From NCBI RefSeq assembly GCF_006345805.1, contig NC_043003.1, positions 97,774,001 to 97,838,000 on the forward strand: DNA of 64,000 nt, given 5' to 3'. The first letter of the stretch is position 1; every line of letters begins with the position of its first letter. The stretch is from Octopus sinensis (taxonomy: Eukaryota). The notes under the pieces are model-generated. The model saw only the letters and a program-made list of their open reading frames with translations. It ran no database searches and was not told the origin of the DNA. The translations under genes and the position numbers were made by a program. Below are positions 37,570-50,166 of the stretch, piece by piece.

Positions 37570-38799
37570 ATAACAACTATTTTGGAGAACTTTGGAATAC
37601 ATTATGTAGCCAAACCTCTTTCTGCATTACTTCTACTACTACAGTTTTGTAGAAGCCTTAGGTTTAGAAATCTGTTCTATTAAACACTTGTCTTTATACA
37701 TGCATATATGTGAGTATGTATCTCATACATACAAATACATATTCATGCAATATGTGTGAATGTATACATGTGTGTGTGTGTCTGTATGTTTAGCTTTGCA
37801 AATGGCTGAAAATATGTACTTGGTACTTGTAGAATTTATTTATTTCAAGATAAGGTTTTCCCTCTTGTCACTACTCTGAGTTTCTCCTTTCCCTTTTATC
37901 ACAGTGATTGGAATGTGTATTTATACATGTGATATTAGTTAACTGCTGTTATCTAGTATCTGGTTTTCTAATCCCCAGTAAGATCAGCTGAAATGGATCT
38001 AACTTGCTCTTTGCTTTGATTAATATATCCAGTCTATTGACAAATATACAAGTGGATATTTTTCCTGACTTATGGATTCTTAAATGACTTATAACGTCGT
38101 CCTTTAACATCCATTTTCCATGCTGCCATGGGCAGGATGGTTTGACCAGAGCTGGCAGTCACAGTGTCACTAGGTTCTAGTCTGATTTGATTTCGTTTCT
38201 ACAGCTGGATGCCCTTCCTAATGCCAACCATTTTACTGAGTGTGTTGGGTGCTTTTAACATGGTACTGGCATGAATGCTTTTTATGTGGCATTGGCACAA
38301 GCCTCTTGCAAGCCAATCCTCTTCATCAAGGGGAGCGGCCCTAATACTCCTGCTGTAGGGCCTCCTTGAGTACAGTACAGTACAGCAAGGCGCCATGTAT
38401 CCCAGTCTTTTGTCATCCAATATACATATATGTTCATATTGCAAATCCTTTACTTTCAGTTTTTGTAAATTTTTGAAGATCAAAGCCTCAAAAATTTCCA
38501 AATTTTGTAAAATATCAGAATATTTTTTTGTTATTTTGCTTTGATAACAAAGCATTGACATGGAGAAAGTATATGATTCTCCACATGGCTGTGTCAACAC
38601 TAGGTTAAGCAGTAAGTTATTATGTATACACTATAGTAGTAGAGTTGTTATTTAACCATTTGGCCGTATGTCAGCTCTAACTAAGTTGGCCTATGACCAA
38701 ATGCATTCCAGCCTTGACCACCTACTGTTATTCTATATCTAGAATTACATTGTCCAATGTCTCATTTTATTTTTGAAGATGATGCAACATGGTCTAAAG

Positions 38800-39133
38800 T
38801 AGTGGTTTGCAACTGGGGACCACATGGCCCCTGAGGTGTCCATATAAGAATTTTTTGGTGGGTCTATGCAACAAAATAATAAATTGGGGATTCACAATAA
38901 TATTTTAAGGGCCCTTGAAAACATCTTGCTTTAGATGTATGTATTGGTTAGGTTTTCTTCTCTAACATTGTACTTAGTGCAACCTACACAAGTTAATGTG
39001 TGAAAAATAAATCAGGAATTTTGAAAGAAGTTTCTATAAAACTAGTTTTTAAGCATTAAATGACAGTGGGAGTCCACCAGAATAAAATAGTAATCAAAGG
39101 GGTGCATAGATGAAAAATGGTTGAGTACCCCTG
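38800..39133. mobile_element. hAT (Charlie/Buster-type) MITE
   Basis: Paralogue of 9684-10035. TSD GTCTAAAG / GTCTAAAT (7/8). Confidence 0.8.
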
Positions 39134-39200
39134 GTCTAAATGATAATTGGCTGTTATTTTCAGCAGGCTGGTTGACTACATACAGGCTTTGTTTTTGACG

Positions 39201-39249
<49 letters not shown>

Positions 39250-39901
39250 GAATGGTATCTTCTCTTTCTTCTATTCCTCTCCCTCTCTCTCTCCCACTTT
39301 GTTCTAAGTTCATAGCCCACTGGATTGTGGGGTGTTTGCCTTCCGTCCTCCTCAGGCTGATAAAATGGAATGCCAGTCCATTGCAGGGGTTTCTCATTTA
39401 CAGCTTAGTCAACTGAAGCAATGTAGAATGAAGTGTTTTACTCAAGGACACAACATAGTGCCTGGTCTAGGAATTGAAACCGTAATCATGAGTTCAACAC
39501 CCTAACAACTAGGTTATGCACCTTCAGTGTATATACACATCTATACACACACACATGTATGTGTGAAAACAGGTTCGGCCATGGGCCCTTCAGTGAGTGT
39601 GGGGAGCTTTTCCTAAATGAATGTTTGCTGTTTTTTTTTTAATGTTGTTTTTCAGCATTTTACTTTTGAGTGGATGAGGGGATGGAGTTTTAATTTGTGT
39701 GTGTGGGTGTGTGTATAAACACTAGTATAGATTTGTTTACTTTTTTGTTATGTGTTTGTTTTTGTTTCCACTGTATATCTTATTCTGTCATTGATGTTGA
39801 CGATGTTCTATATTAAACCATTCAAAACATCCCCAGACTAGCCGTCTGTCTGTTTGTCTGTGTCCGTCTGCTAGCCTCTCAGTTCATGACACTTTGATTG
39901 G

Positions 39902-40441
39902 TCATTTTTCCATGATTGTCTTCTGAGATGCAGCTTTTCAAGAAAAAAAAGTAACAATAAAGAATAAAAAAATGAAAAGCAAACATGTATATATATATGT
40001 GTTTGTGTATGCAAGCATGTGTGTGTATAATATATATATGTGTGTGTGTGTGTGTGTATGTGTGTGTGTTATTGAAGCTGATAAATTCACTATAAGCTGG
40101 ATGTTCTTTTAGTCTTTTGTTTTTTTCTCTCTCCCTCATTCTCCTATTTCTTCCACACCTTTTGAACTTTGCTGGGTCCAAATATATTAAATCTTTGAGT
40201 ATTTGTAGTGGTGAAGATAGGTGTTGGGACTTTTGAGTTGCAGTGCTAAAAATGACGGAAGTTTGACACAAAGAATATATCTGACAGATCTGACTAACCC
40301 ATCTCAGTCCAACTCAGCTCAGCCCACGTCAGCATGATTAAAGATGGTGTTAATATGTTGATGATGTTGGTAATGATGATACGAAGGTTGTTAAATATGT
40401 ATATATATATATGAATGGCATCTTCTCTTTCTTCTACTCCA

Positions 40442-40506
<65 letters not shown>

Positions 40507-41160
40507 CATAGTTCACTGGATTGTGAGGTGTCTTTGCTTTCTGTCCTTCCCGGGCTTATAAAATGGGATGCCAGTCCATTGCAAGGGTTAAAATTAAAAT
40601 TCATCATCATCATCGTTTAGCATCCTCTTTTCATGCTGGCATGGGTTGGACGGTGCAACTGGGGTCTCGGAAGCCAGAAGGCTGCACCAGGCCCAGTCTG
40701 ATCTGGCAATGTTTCTACGGCTGGATGCCCTTCCTAACGCCAAATTGAGGAAATGAAATTGTGATAACCTGATGTGATTTGATGCTGGTGGTAATGATTA
40801 TAAGTTTTAGACTATGAATTAGAAAAAAAAAATTTTTTTTATTGTATAGTTGAAAAATTCACTGCATGGAAGCTTGAGCAAGTATGTCTTCTCTCATAGC
40901 CTTGGGTCTACCAAAGCCATGTGAGTAAAATTTGGCTGATGAAAACTGCAGGAGCCTGCTGAATGTATAGACACACACACACACACACTGAAAAAATAGG
41001 TGTGTTGAACAAAAAATGTTTGGTGTTTGGTTTCATCTCAGTTACCTTTATACTTGATTGATTTTATTTTTCTTCCTTGATGAGATGAAATAAGTACCAT
41101 GTACTGGTGCCAGTCATACATAATCAGTGAAAATCTTCAAAGATAATGTTCCAGTCAGCA

Positions 41161-41192
<32 letters not shown>

Positions 41193-42119
41193 GGTGCAAG
41201 TATGGCTGTGTGGTGGAAATATATATATATATAAATATCTTACGTGTATGTGTTTTTATGTCTGTATGTCCTCCCACTACTGCTTGATAAACTGCTGTTG
41301 GTGTGTTTGCGTCCCTGTGACTTAGTGGTTTGGCAAAAGATGTCGCTAGAATAAGTGCCAGGCTTTAAGAAACAAAAATAAGTATTGGGGTCGATTCATT
41401 TGACTTAAAATTCCAGGTGGTGCCCCAGAATGGCCTCAGTCTGATGACTGAAACAAGTAAAAGATAAAAGATATATATATATATATATATATTTTTACAC
41501 ACATACACAAACATAAGTAGATATACACCATAATTTTTGAATTCTAGAAACAAAAAGTCATTTGATGCATTTAAATACTCAGTCTAGTATTTTGTAGATA
41601 TGCCTTTTGTATAGTTTGTAATGATTTAATCCATTTTGGTATTATGCTAATGAAGAAAATACCTCTACAGATAATGCAGTATAATGGATGGGGTCTATTT
41701 ACTTTTGGAATGTTTCTCTGTGAGTGTGTGTCTGTGTCTGTGGGTATATATATATATATATACACATACACACACAATATATATATATATATATATATAT
41801 TAGGGAGTAAATCCAAACTTACAGGGGAAAATTAGATTTAGGATTAAATCTAATTTTATAGTATAAATATAAATTAAATTAGAGATAAAACCACTATTAG
41901 GCAAATCAGACAGTGAAAAACATAAACCAAAACATAGAAATAAAATTAATTAATTTATAAATTAATAATTTTAAATTTTTAACTTTAAATAATTTAAATT
42001 TTGAATTTTATATTTTATATATTTTGTATATTATATTAATTAATTTTAATTCTATGTTTTGGTTTATGTTTTTCACTGTTTGATTTGCCTAATAGTGGTT
42101 TTATCTCTAATTAATTTAT

Positions 42120-42161
<42 letters not shown>

Positions 42162-43882
42162 CTCCAGTAGTGTATTTATGGCACATGGTTTTAGGCCAAT
42201 TTGCATGCTATAAGATTGCATTTTGCATGCTATAAGATTTAAGCTGCACTTGATATTTCTACACACACACACACACACACACGCGCATTCACCCCAATAA
42301 TGTATTTATGGCATTTGATTTTTAGTTAGTTTACATGCTAAACAATTGAAGTTGCACTTGTTATTGTTACAAATACACTTTAACTGGAACTGTTAAGAAT
42401 TGAAACCCTTGTTAGTTTGTATTATAGAATTAAATTAAAAAAATTATAACAACTATAATAATAATCACTATATTATATAATCATTTACATAAACAAAATT
42501 ACTCTATTATATATTCCTGTACACATTTTTCATATGAATATTCAATTATTTATATACTTATATACTCAACTATTCATATATATATATATATTTATCTATT
42601 GCACTTTGCATGATAAGCATTAAGAAAAAGATTTAACATAAAATAAAAATATATAAAGTTTTATAAATTCAATGATATATTATCCATATTGCTGGTGTAC
42701 AGATCCTAGAATGGCCATGTCTCATTCTGTCATTCTAAACTTTTAGTTGACAAACCTGTATCCCTTGTACAGGTTTATTTTAAAAATTTATATTAAAAAA
42801 AAAATATCTTACATAAACTTTTCAAACTATAAAATATCTATTTGTTCGTGAGTCAATTTGCCTGTCTGACTGTCTATCTTTCTATCTTGTTTTTCTTTGT
42901 TACATTACATTACACCTCTTAGTCTTGCCATAACATGGTTCTTCAGGCAGTGAGGGATAATATTTATTATCATATTTTGAAGTGCTGATTCTTAAAAAAA
43001 TTATCATTTTTTTTAAGAATCTGCATATGAACGTGGATTAATAAATCTTACCCTGCATGCATGGTGTATCATTTACTGGCAAAATTAATAGTTGTAATGT
43101 AGGGCAGAATACAATGAAGATAGAGAGATATCCATTTCTTTGTCTGTTCTTTGTTTAACTAAATGTTTGTCTATCTCTATTCTTGCATTTTAAATAGTTA
43201 TATTTGCTGAAAATTATCACACACACACACACACATACATACACACAGATATATATGCACTCACTATTTGTATTTAATCAAAAGACTGGCACTGTTTTAC
43301 TGGAAAGGGAGAATAAAGGAAATAATGCATGAGTGTGTATGTGTGTTTCTGTTTAATATTCTTATCTCACCACAATTGATTATGTGCATATATATATATC
43401 TATATATAAATTAATATAAACAGCCATTCGAAATGTGATACCATAAAGGGAAACTATAATCATCATTAAACGTGACTAGCAATGTAGATGTCTGGACACA
43501 CTTAGTTGCGTTTAGTGACGGTTATAGTTTTATATACATGTATATGTAATTGTCAGTAAAATATTGGGGGATTAATTAAACCAACTATTCCCCCTCTCCT
43601 CCCTGCTCCTGTGATAACCCAATGATGATGATCAAGTCTGGCCATAGCAAATGTAATAATATGTGTTTTTAAGTTACAATTTCAGATCAGATCTTTTGCA
43701 AACAAGAGAAAACACACACACACACACACACACGAGAGCATCTGCACATGCTTAAGTATACATTGCTTCATTACCTATGATAGTTGTATTACTGGTTACA
43801 TGGTAGTGCTGCCTAGTTTGAGCTCTATGCTTGTACCAAGCTAGCCAAATGGTTTGTTAGATTGTTTCATAAATATACTATT

Positions 43883-43915
<33 letters not shown>

Positions 43916-44955
43916 TAAATGTGTATGTTCTGACAGAATTGTATATCATGTTTATGATTGTTTATTGAATTTAGTGATAAAGAATCTTCTTCAGTTCTGG
44001 ATCCTTATATAATGACTATAAATCACAGTCCTTGATGTACAAGACATACACCTGTGGCTGTGTGGTAAGTAGCTTGTTTACGAACCACATGGTTCCGGGT
44101 TCAGTACCACTGCGTGGCACCTTGGGCAAGTGCCTTCTGCTATAGCCTCGGTCCGACCAAAGCCTTGTGAGTAGATTTGGTAGACGGAAACTGAAAAGAA
44201 GCCCATCGTATATATGTATATATATATATATGTGTGTGTGTCTGTGTTTGTCCCCCTAGCATTGCTTGACAACCGATGCTGGTGTGCTTATGTCCTCGTT
44301 ACTTAGCGGTTCGGCAGAAAGACCCGATAGAATAAGTACTGGGCTTACAAAAGAATAAGTCCCGGGGTCGAGTTGCTTGATTAAAGGCGGTGCTCCAGCA
44401 TGGCCGCAGTCAAATGACTGAAACAAGTAAAAGAGTAAAGAGATACACACATATACATACATACATACATACATGTATATATACATGCATACATGCATAC
44501 ATACATACATACATACATACATACATACACTGTTTCCTTTCCAACTGTATATCACTGAACACGTAAGTTGTTAGTTGAAGCTATAAGTATGCTTATGTAT
44601 ATGTGTATTTAAGCTATGGGCATGCTCAAAAACACATATATACACACACACATGTATCCTCTTATGAAACGCATAATGTTTGCATTTGTAATTCAAAATT
44701 AAATGTTTCTGTTTTGTTACCAAAATTTTAAAAAAAAATTCCTTTCTTTTTTGTTCCCATTGTTGTTCTTTTTATTGTTTTTGTTCTAACAATCCCTTTT
44801 TATATATTATTTATAATGAACTGTTTTATGTTTTTCTCCATGGTGACAACTAATTTGACTGAATGTTGAGATCCTGGCTTCATGTGTGTTGTTATAAATA
44901 CATACAGGTACAAGTGTGTGTGTGTGTGTATATCTATACACAAGTCTCTGTCTCA

Positions 44956-45008
<53 letters not shown>

Positions 45009-46866
45009 ATAACGGGAAAGTTTACGAAAATAAACAAAAGACGAAGGCAGGTGGAGTACAAACAAACAATTGTATTAGTATAATGCTCAGGAATAGAAAT
45101 AGAAAAAGTCTTTTACGTTTCGAGCCTATGCTCTTCGACAGAAAGATACATATATAGTTTTTGAAGTGATGTACAGATATTGTACATTTAGAATAATAAG
45201 GTAGTTAAAATGTTGGATGATTATATATATATATTTAAAAATTTTTTTGTTTACATTTTATTTACACTTTTAGTGTTTTTTTTCTGTTATCAGATTTATC
45301 AAAAATTGGTTTTTATAAATCCAATAATGAAAGAAAGTGCTAAAAGTGTAAATAAAATGTAAATAAAAAAAATATAATCATCAAACATTCTGACTACTTT
45401 ATTATTCTAAATATATATATATATATATGAATGAGTGTGCATGTCTACCTGTATATCTCCATTTTAATTCTACCCTAAGTGCATGCATATATTTGCCTAC
45501 TTTTTTTTGTACCTTGGGATAGAATTTTCCATAGCCATCAACATAAACTTTCTCACTCATAATGCCTGTATGTTCTGAAAATCTAACTTTCCCAAAATAA
45601 AGTGCACTTCATATTCAATGTTCTGATGAAGCTATAGGATGTTGTCCTGGTACTCAACTAAGAGTCTACCACATCTTATAGCAGAAACAGCTGTAAGCTA
45701 ATGAAGTTCATTATAACATTTGGTTTTTCTAGTGTTTTCTTTTTATTTTCTGTTACCACTCTATACTCATAACATTTTGTTCTGGATCATACATATATTG
45801 AGTTCTACACCAGGCTATTAGTCTCGCTACGCCTAAGCAAAACATAGAATGCTTGATGTATGTTATTACATAGATACATTTAAAATATTACTCTGTACAA
45901 AAAGAGTGATAAAATATTTAAATGAAGCATGTACTTCACTTTTGGTACACTGAGTTTCAGCTTTTGGATCATCAGAAAATCCTCTGTGTGACTTTATATA
46001 ATATCAAATGATACAATAGAATATAATAAAAATAATAATAATAATAATAATAACAATAATAATAATAATCCTTTCTATTATAGGCACAAGGCTTGAAGTT
46101 TTGGGGGTGGGGACTAGTTGATTACATCGATGCCCCCCCCCCCCGAATATCACTGGTACTTAATTTATTAAGCCTGACAGGATGAAAAGCAAAGTCAACC
46201 TCAGCGGAACTTGGACTCAGATGAAAAACCACTAAACATTTCGCCTGGTGTACTAACGATTCTGCCAGCTTGCCACCTTAATAATAATTATAATAATAAT
46301 AATAATAATAATAATCTATAAAAAAAGTGTTATAGGTCCTTCTTGAGCCAGAGGCACATAAGGCCTGTTTCCCTTGATTCTGTGGCATATACGTTCCCCT
46401 TGGACGGGACACTGGTCTGTTGCTTGATTAGTTATTTCTGTTCTGCCAACTGAGTGGACTGGAGCAACGTGCAGTGAAGTGTCTTGCTCAAGAACACATC
46501 ACCCAGTCCAGGAATCGAAACTACAATCTTATAATTATGTGTGCAACACTCTAACCACTATGCAACATAATTCCACATACATGTACACATACACATATGC
46601 AAGCACACACACACACACACGTGTGTGCATGCTTCTCATGAATATTCTTATACATCTCTGCATGCAAGCATGCTCATAATTTGCTCATGAACATACCACA
46701 CACACACACACACACACGCACGTGTATATGTATACATACACGCTCCCCCACCTTATCTTACTAAACCTTTGAAAACATCTCACCAGGAACAACATCAAAT
46801 ATTTAAATTTACTTGAGTTTTTGGCTCTGAAATAAATGGATTAGATCCCTTTGTTTGTTAAAATGC

Positions 46867-46897
<31 letters not shown>

Positions 46898-47030
46898 TAC
46901 ATACATATATATGTATGTATGGAAACTATCTTTGAATAAAACTATAAAAATTCACGCTCTTGTTCTGCTTTCCATTTCTTTAATGTTCCTTGTATTGAAT
47001 ATGTCAATACTAACCTATGTTGTGTTTCAT
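39902..47030 (-). CDS. Candidate small multi-exon gene of unknown function (up to 93 aa)
   Basis: Phase-compatible GT-AG exons 47030-47015, 45574-45513, 44580-44529, 43840-43775, 43075-43052, 41075-41046 and 39933-39902. An in-frame TAA lies just upstream of the ATG. No homologue was recognised. The first two exons are the best supported. Confidence 0.3.
41877..42112. repeat. Fold-back palindrome with 78-bp arms
   Basis: 41877-41954 versus the reverse complement of 42035-42112: 2 mismatches. 80-bp AT-rich spacer, (TA)n flanks. Confidence 0.9.
44053..44441 (+). mobile_element. SINE family A
   Basis: Near full-length copy with the (AGTAAAAG) tail. Confidence 0.85.
45005..45150 (-). mobile_element. 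Penelope-like element terminal fragment
   Basis: The minus strand reads TCTTTCTGTCGAAGAGCATAGGCTCGAAACGTAAAAGAC, then a pyrimidine-rich tail into (TA)n. GAAGAGC..GCTCGAAACG is typical of Penelope pseudo-LTRs. Confidence 0.55.
45109..45146 (-). ncRNA. Minimal type I hammerhead ribozyme-like motif (variant core)
   Basis: Stem I UCUUU/AAAGA, core CUGUCGA (A6 replaced by U), an extra A, stem II GAGC-AUAG-GCUC, GAA, palindromic ACGU stem III, and A at the cleavage position. Confidence 0.5.
45187..45411. repeat. Imperfect fold-back palindrome
   Basis: TTTAGAATAATAAGGTAG...TTTACACTTTTAG pairs with CTAAAAGTGTAAA...CTACTTTATTATTCTAAA. Confidence 0.75.
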
Positions 47031-48363
47031 GTGGATAAGCCGCCTCTGAATTAGTTAATCTCAGACGCTGCGTGTCATGAACAAAACCTCCGGCCCCTGA
47101 GTCACTTTTGTAGCTTTTTTGCCGATATATGTGTGAAAAAAATAAAACGAACATTACTTCTGTAAAATTCTACGAATATATTTCATAAGCTAAATTGCAT
47201 ACATTTAGAGTCTTACGTCGAAGTAATCATTGGTTTGTGAATAAGTTAGTTTATGGGACTTTTGCAAAATTGCGAAGGTGTCCTGATAAGGGAGGTAAAT
47301 ATTTAAGGGAGAGAACTCGACACCACAATAAAATCCCGAGCGTTTTTGAATTGTGTGCAAGGTGACGACGATATAACAGTAGGTAATTTGATACCAAAGG
47401 CTACGAGATAGTGAAATCATTAGCACGGCGGACAAAATGCTTAGTATATTTGTTCTGGCTCTTTATGTTCTGAGATCGAATCTAGCCTTGGTCAGTTATG
47501 CCTTTCATCCCTTTGGGATTGCAGACAGACAGACACACATTCTCAGTTTTATATATATAGAGATATGCCTGTTTGTCTCTCGCCTCCACCAAAGCTTGAC
47601 AAGTGTTGGTTTATTTACATTTTCATAACTTAGCAGTTCGGCAAAAGAACCAATAGAATAAGTTCCAGATTTTAAAACAAAAGATTGGTTCGATTAAAAC
47701 CCTCTAAGGTGGTGATGCAGCGTGGCCGCAGTCCAATGGTTGAAAAGAGATAGAAAAAAATAGTTTTGTTTGAAAATGGATATTTCTTCTCAAGAAAAAC
47801 AACTCTGATAACAAAATAATGGATTATCTCCCTTAGATAATAATTTCTAAAATACTAATTGAGATGTTTGCTGGAGTTTACATGGCACGAACGCGCAAAC
47901 AAGGGAGCTTGCACGTAGTTATTTGAGCTGCTAGAAATAGCAGCCATATTACCCAGAAATCACACTTCAGTGTCTTAAAAGGTATGATATCTAAGACCAG
48001 ATTAAACAACAAGCGCAGTCATGGGTATTTGATTAAGAAGCTCGTTTTGCAGCCACATGGTTTCAGGTTCAGTCCCACTGCATGATACCTTGGACTAGTG
48101 TCTGCCATACTTTTTTTTTTTTTTTACCTTACGACACACGAGGCGAGGAGAATCTATTTTGCGGCACATCAAATAAAAATCCCAACAAAATTGAATATAC
48201 TTTTTTAGTATGAATAAAAATAGATAAATTCTTATTATAGTAACAATAAAATAACATTGGCGGTGCCCCAGCATGGCCACAGCTCATGAGCTGAAGCTAG
48301 ATAAGATAAGATAAGATAAGATTGTTTTATTAAAATATAATATAGGTAATATAATATAATAAT

Positions 48364-48890
48364 GTGGAGGTGCAATGGCCCAGTGGTTAGGGCAGTGGAC
48401 TCGTGGTCGTAGGATCGCGGTTTCGATTCCCAGACCGGGCGTTGTGAGTGTTTATTGAGCAATAACACCTAAATCAGTGATTTTCAACCAGGGTTCCGCC
48501 AGTACAGTCCAGGGGTTCCGCAAGAAGTTACAAAACTGCTAAAATCGGCAGTAATTTTTAAGTCTCCTGTGCAGATATGTGTGCATAAGACTATTAAATT
48601 ATTGCACAGGGGTTCCTCGAGCCAGTGGAATGTTTCCTTGGGGTTCCGCTCCAGCAAAAAGTTTGAAAAGCACTGACCTAAAAGCTCCACGAGGCTCCGG
48701 CAGGGGGTGGTGGCAATCCCTGCTGTACTCTTTCGCCACAACTTTCCCTCACTCTTTCTTCTGTTGGCGTGCTCGCTTAGCCGGCGGGGTGGCGTCATTC
48801 GAAGGCTAAAACAATGCGAAGCACATTGTGACCAGCGATGTGTAGCAACATCTGATAGCCTGGTCGGTCACCGTGGTCACTGTGATAATA
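48364..48890 (+). mobile_element. tRNA-headed SINE (family E) interrupted by a hAT MITE
   Basis: A-box TGGCCCAGTGG and B-box GGTTTCGATTCC. The head and middle match the uninterrupted inverted paralogue at 58824-59132. Confidence 0.8.
48475..48675. mobile_element. hAT (Charlie/Buster-type) MITE, 201 bp
   Basis: TIRs CAGTGATTTTCAAC / TTTGAAAAGCACTG. TSD ACCTAAAT / ACCTAAAA. Confidence 0.85.
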
Positions 48891-50166
48891 TAATAATAAT
48901 GTTTTTAGTGAGAAAGATGCAACTGATTGTGAGACGGAATTTTGTCAAAATACGGCTCTAAATTAGATAAACAAATACGTAGATCCTCATCTACCATCTG
49001 TAATCGTTCCTGATTTCTTTTTACTTCATTTCCATTTGGGGTGCGACGGTCACCTAAAGCGTGACTATCCAGCCGGGGCCGACCCGTCAGCTTACAGGTC
49101 TGATTCCTTTAACTTACGGGTCGGACCACGTCGCCGTATTCACCCGTTGCATATCGCCACACACTCCAGGCGGCTGGCGGCATCGGTCGCGCCTACGGCC
49201 ACGTTCACGTGGGCGAGAGCGCGAGGTTCGCTTCAGCCTCACTAGATCGGGCACGGTAGCGCGGCGGAGCTCCGCGCGACTGGCGCAGGCCCGCCAATAC
49301 CTGCACTGGCCGCAGTTTGTCATCTTTTGCAAAGATACGATGATCCCAAGGGCAACAGAGATTTAACGGCTGTAGCAGCTAATCGAGGATATTGGCTCCA
49401 AAGCGAAATCCAAAGTTCTGATAATTCTAGCACAGAAAACGAGGCTTTGGGCATTCCTGCGATATAGCTCGACAAGGTCGAGATATTTCACTTTGGGCAT
49501 TTCCGTGGGTTGTGGAGTATAGATATAACGAAATTATGCCAGCAATGTCTCATTTTAAACTCGAAGAAAAAAAAGCCTTGCATATTTGTTCTTCCCTGTT
49601 TCATGTGTGTATGTAAAATCCGCAAATTTCCAAGCAGAAAACAGAATCGAACTGTCATTTGCTTCCACAGAAATACCCGAAGTGAAGTGTTTTGATTTTG
49701 TCGAGTTATATCGAAAGAATGAATACCAGGCTTTGTGCACAGGATCGTTTTTCAAGTCTATTAAATTTTCTTCTTCTGTTAATGTTAATAGAAGATGTGT
49801 ACTGTCAAATCTTGCGAAAGGATTGAAGACCCACTCATACATTTGATAATCAAGTGATGGAAAATACTTGTAAAATGATACAGAGAAGTTTTCTACTGTC
49901 TTCTGAACTTCTGGAAAAGCCTCAACGCACGGAAACCAATCAAGCTGCAAATTTTTAACTTTCTTTGTCCACAGTTCTAACTTGTCGGTGAAAGACTTTC
50001 ATTTACCTGTAATTGTAATAGTATTTTCGTTCGCCCCTTTCAGGCTGAAATTCAACATGTTCAATTTCTCAAAAAGATCGTTGAGAAATGCTAGTTCCAG
50101 CCACCAATTATCATCGTTAAGAAATTCAAATCCAGAATTTTCAGCATCAAAGAAATATATTATTTT

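Noticed and set aside
42926-42950. Extra minus-strand exon EPCYGKTK for the candidate gene
   Set aside because: Weak and ambiguous donor within a GTAAT repeat. Left out of the model.
44833-44850. RFX X-box-like GTCACCATGGAGAA
   Set aside because: Only a partial match to the palindrome, and far from the putative start.
48364-48440. tRNA-like sequences with A/B boxes (also the heads of families A, B and D)
   Set aside because: Each continues directly into a multi-copy SINE body, and no complete cloverleaf was evident.
49036-49366. Plus-strand ORFs in the GC-rich island as a protein gene
   Set aside because: High GC makes all frames open, there is no recognisable domain, and the only motif found is hAT-like on the minus strand.
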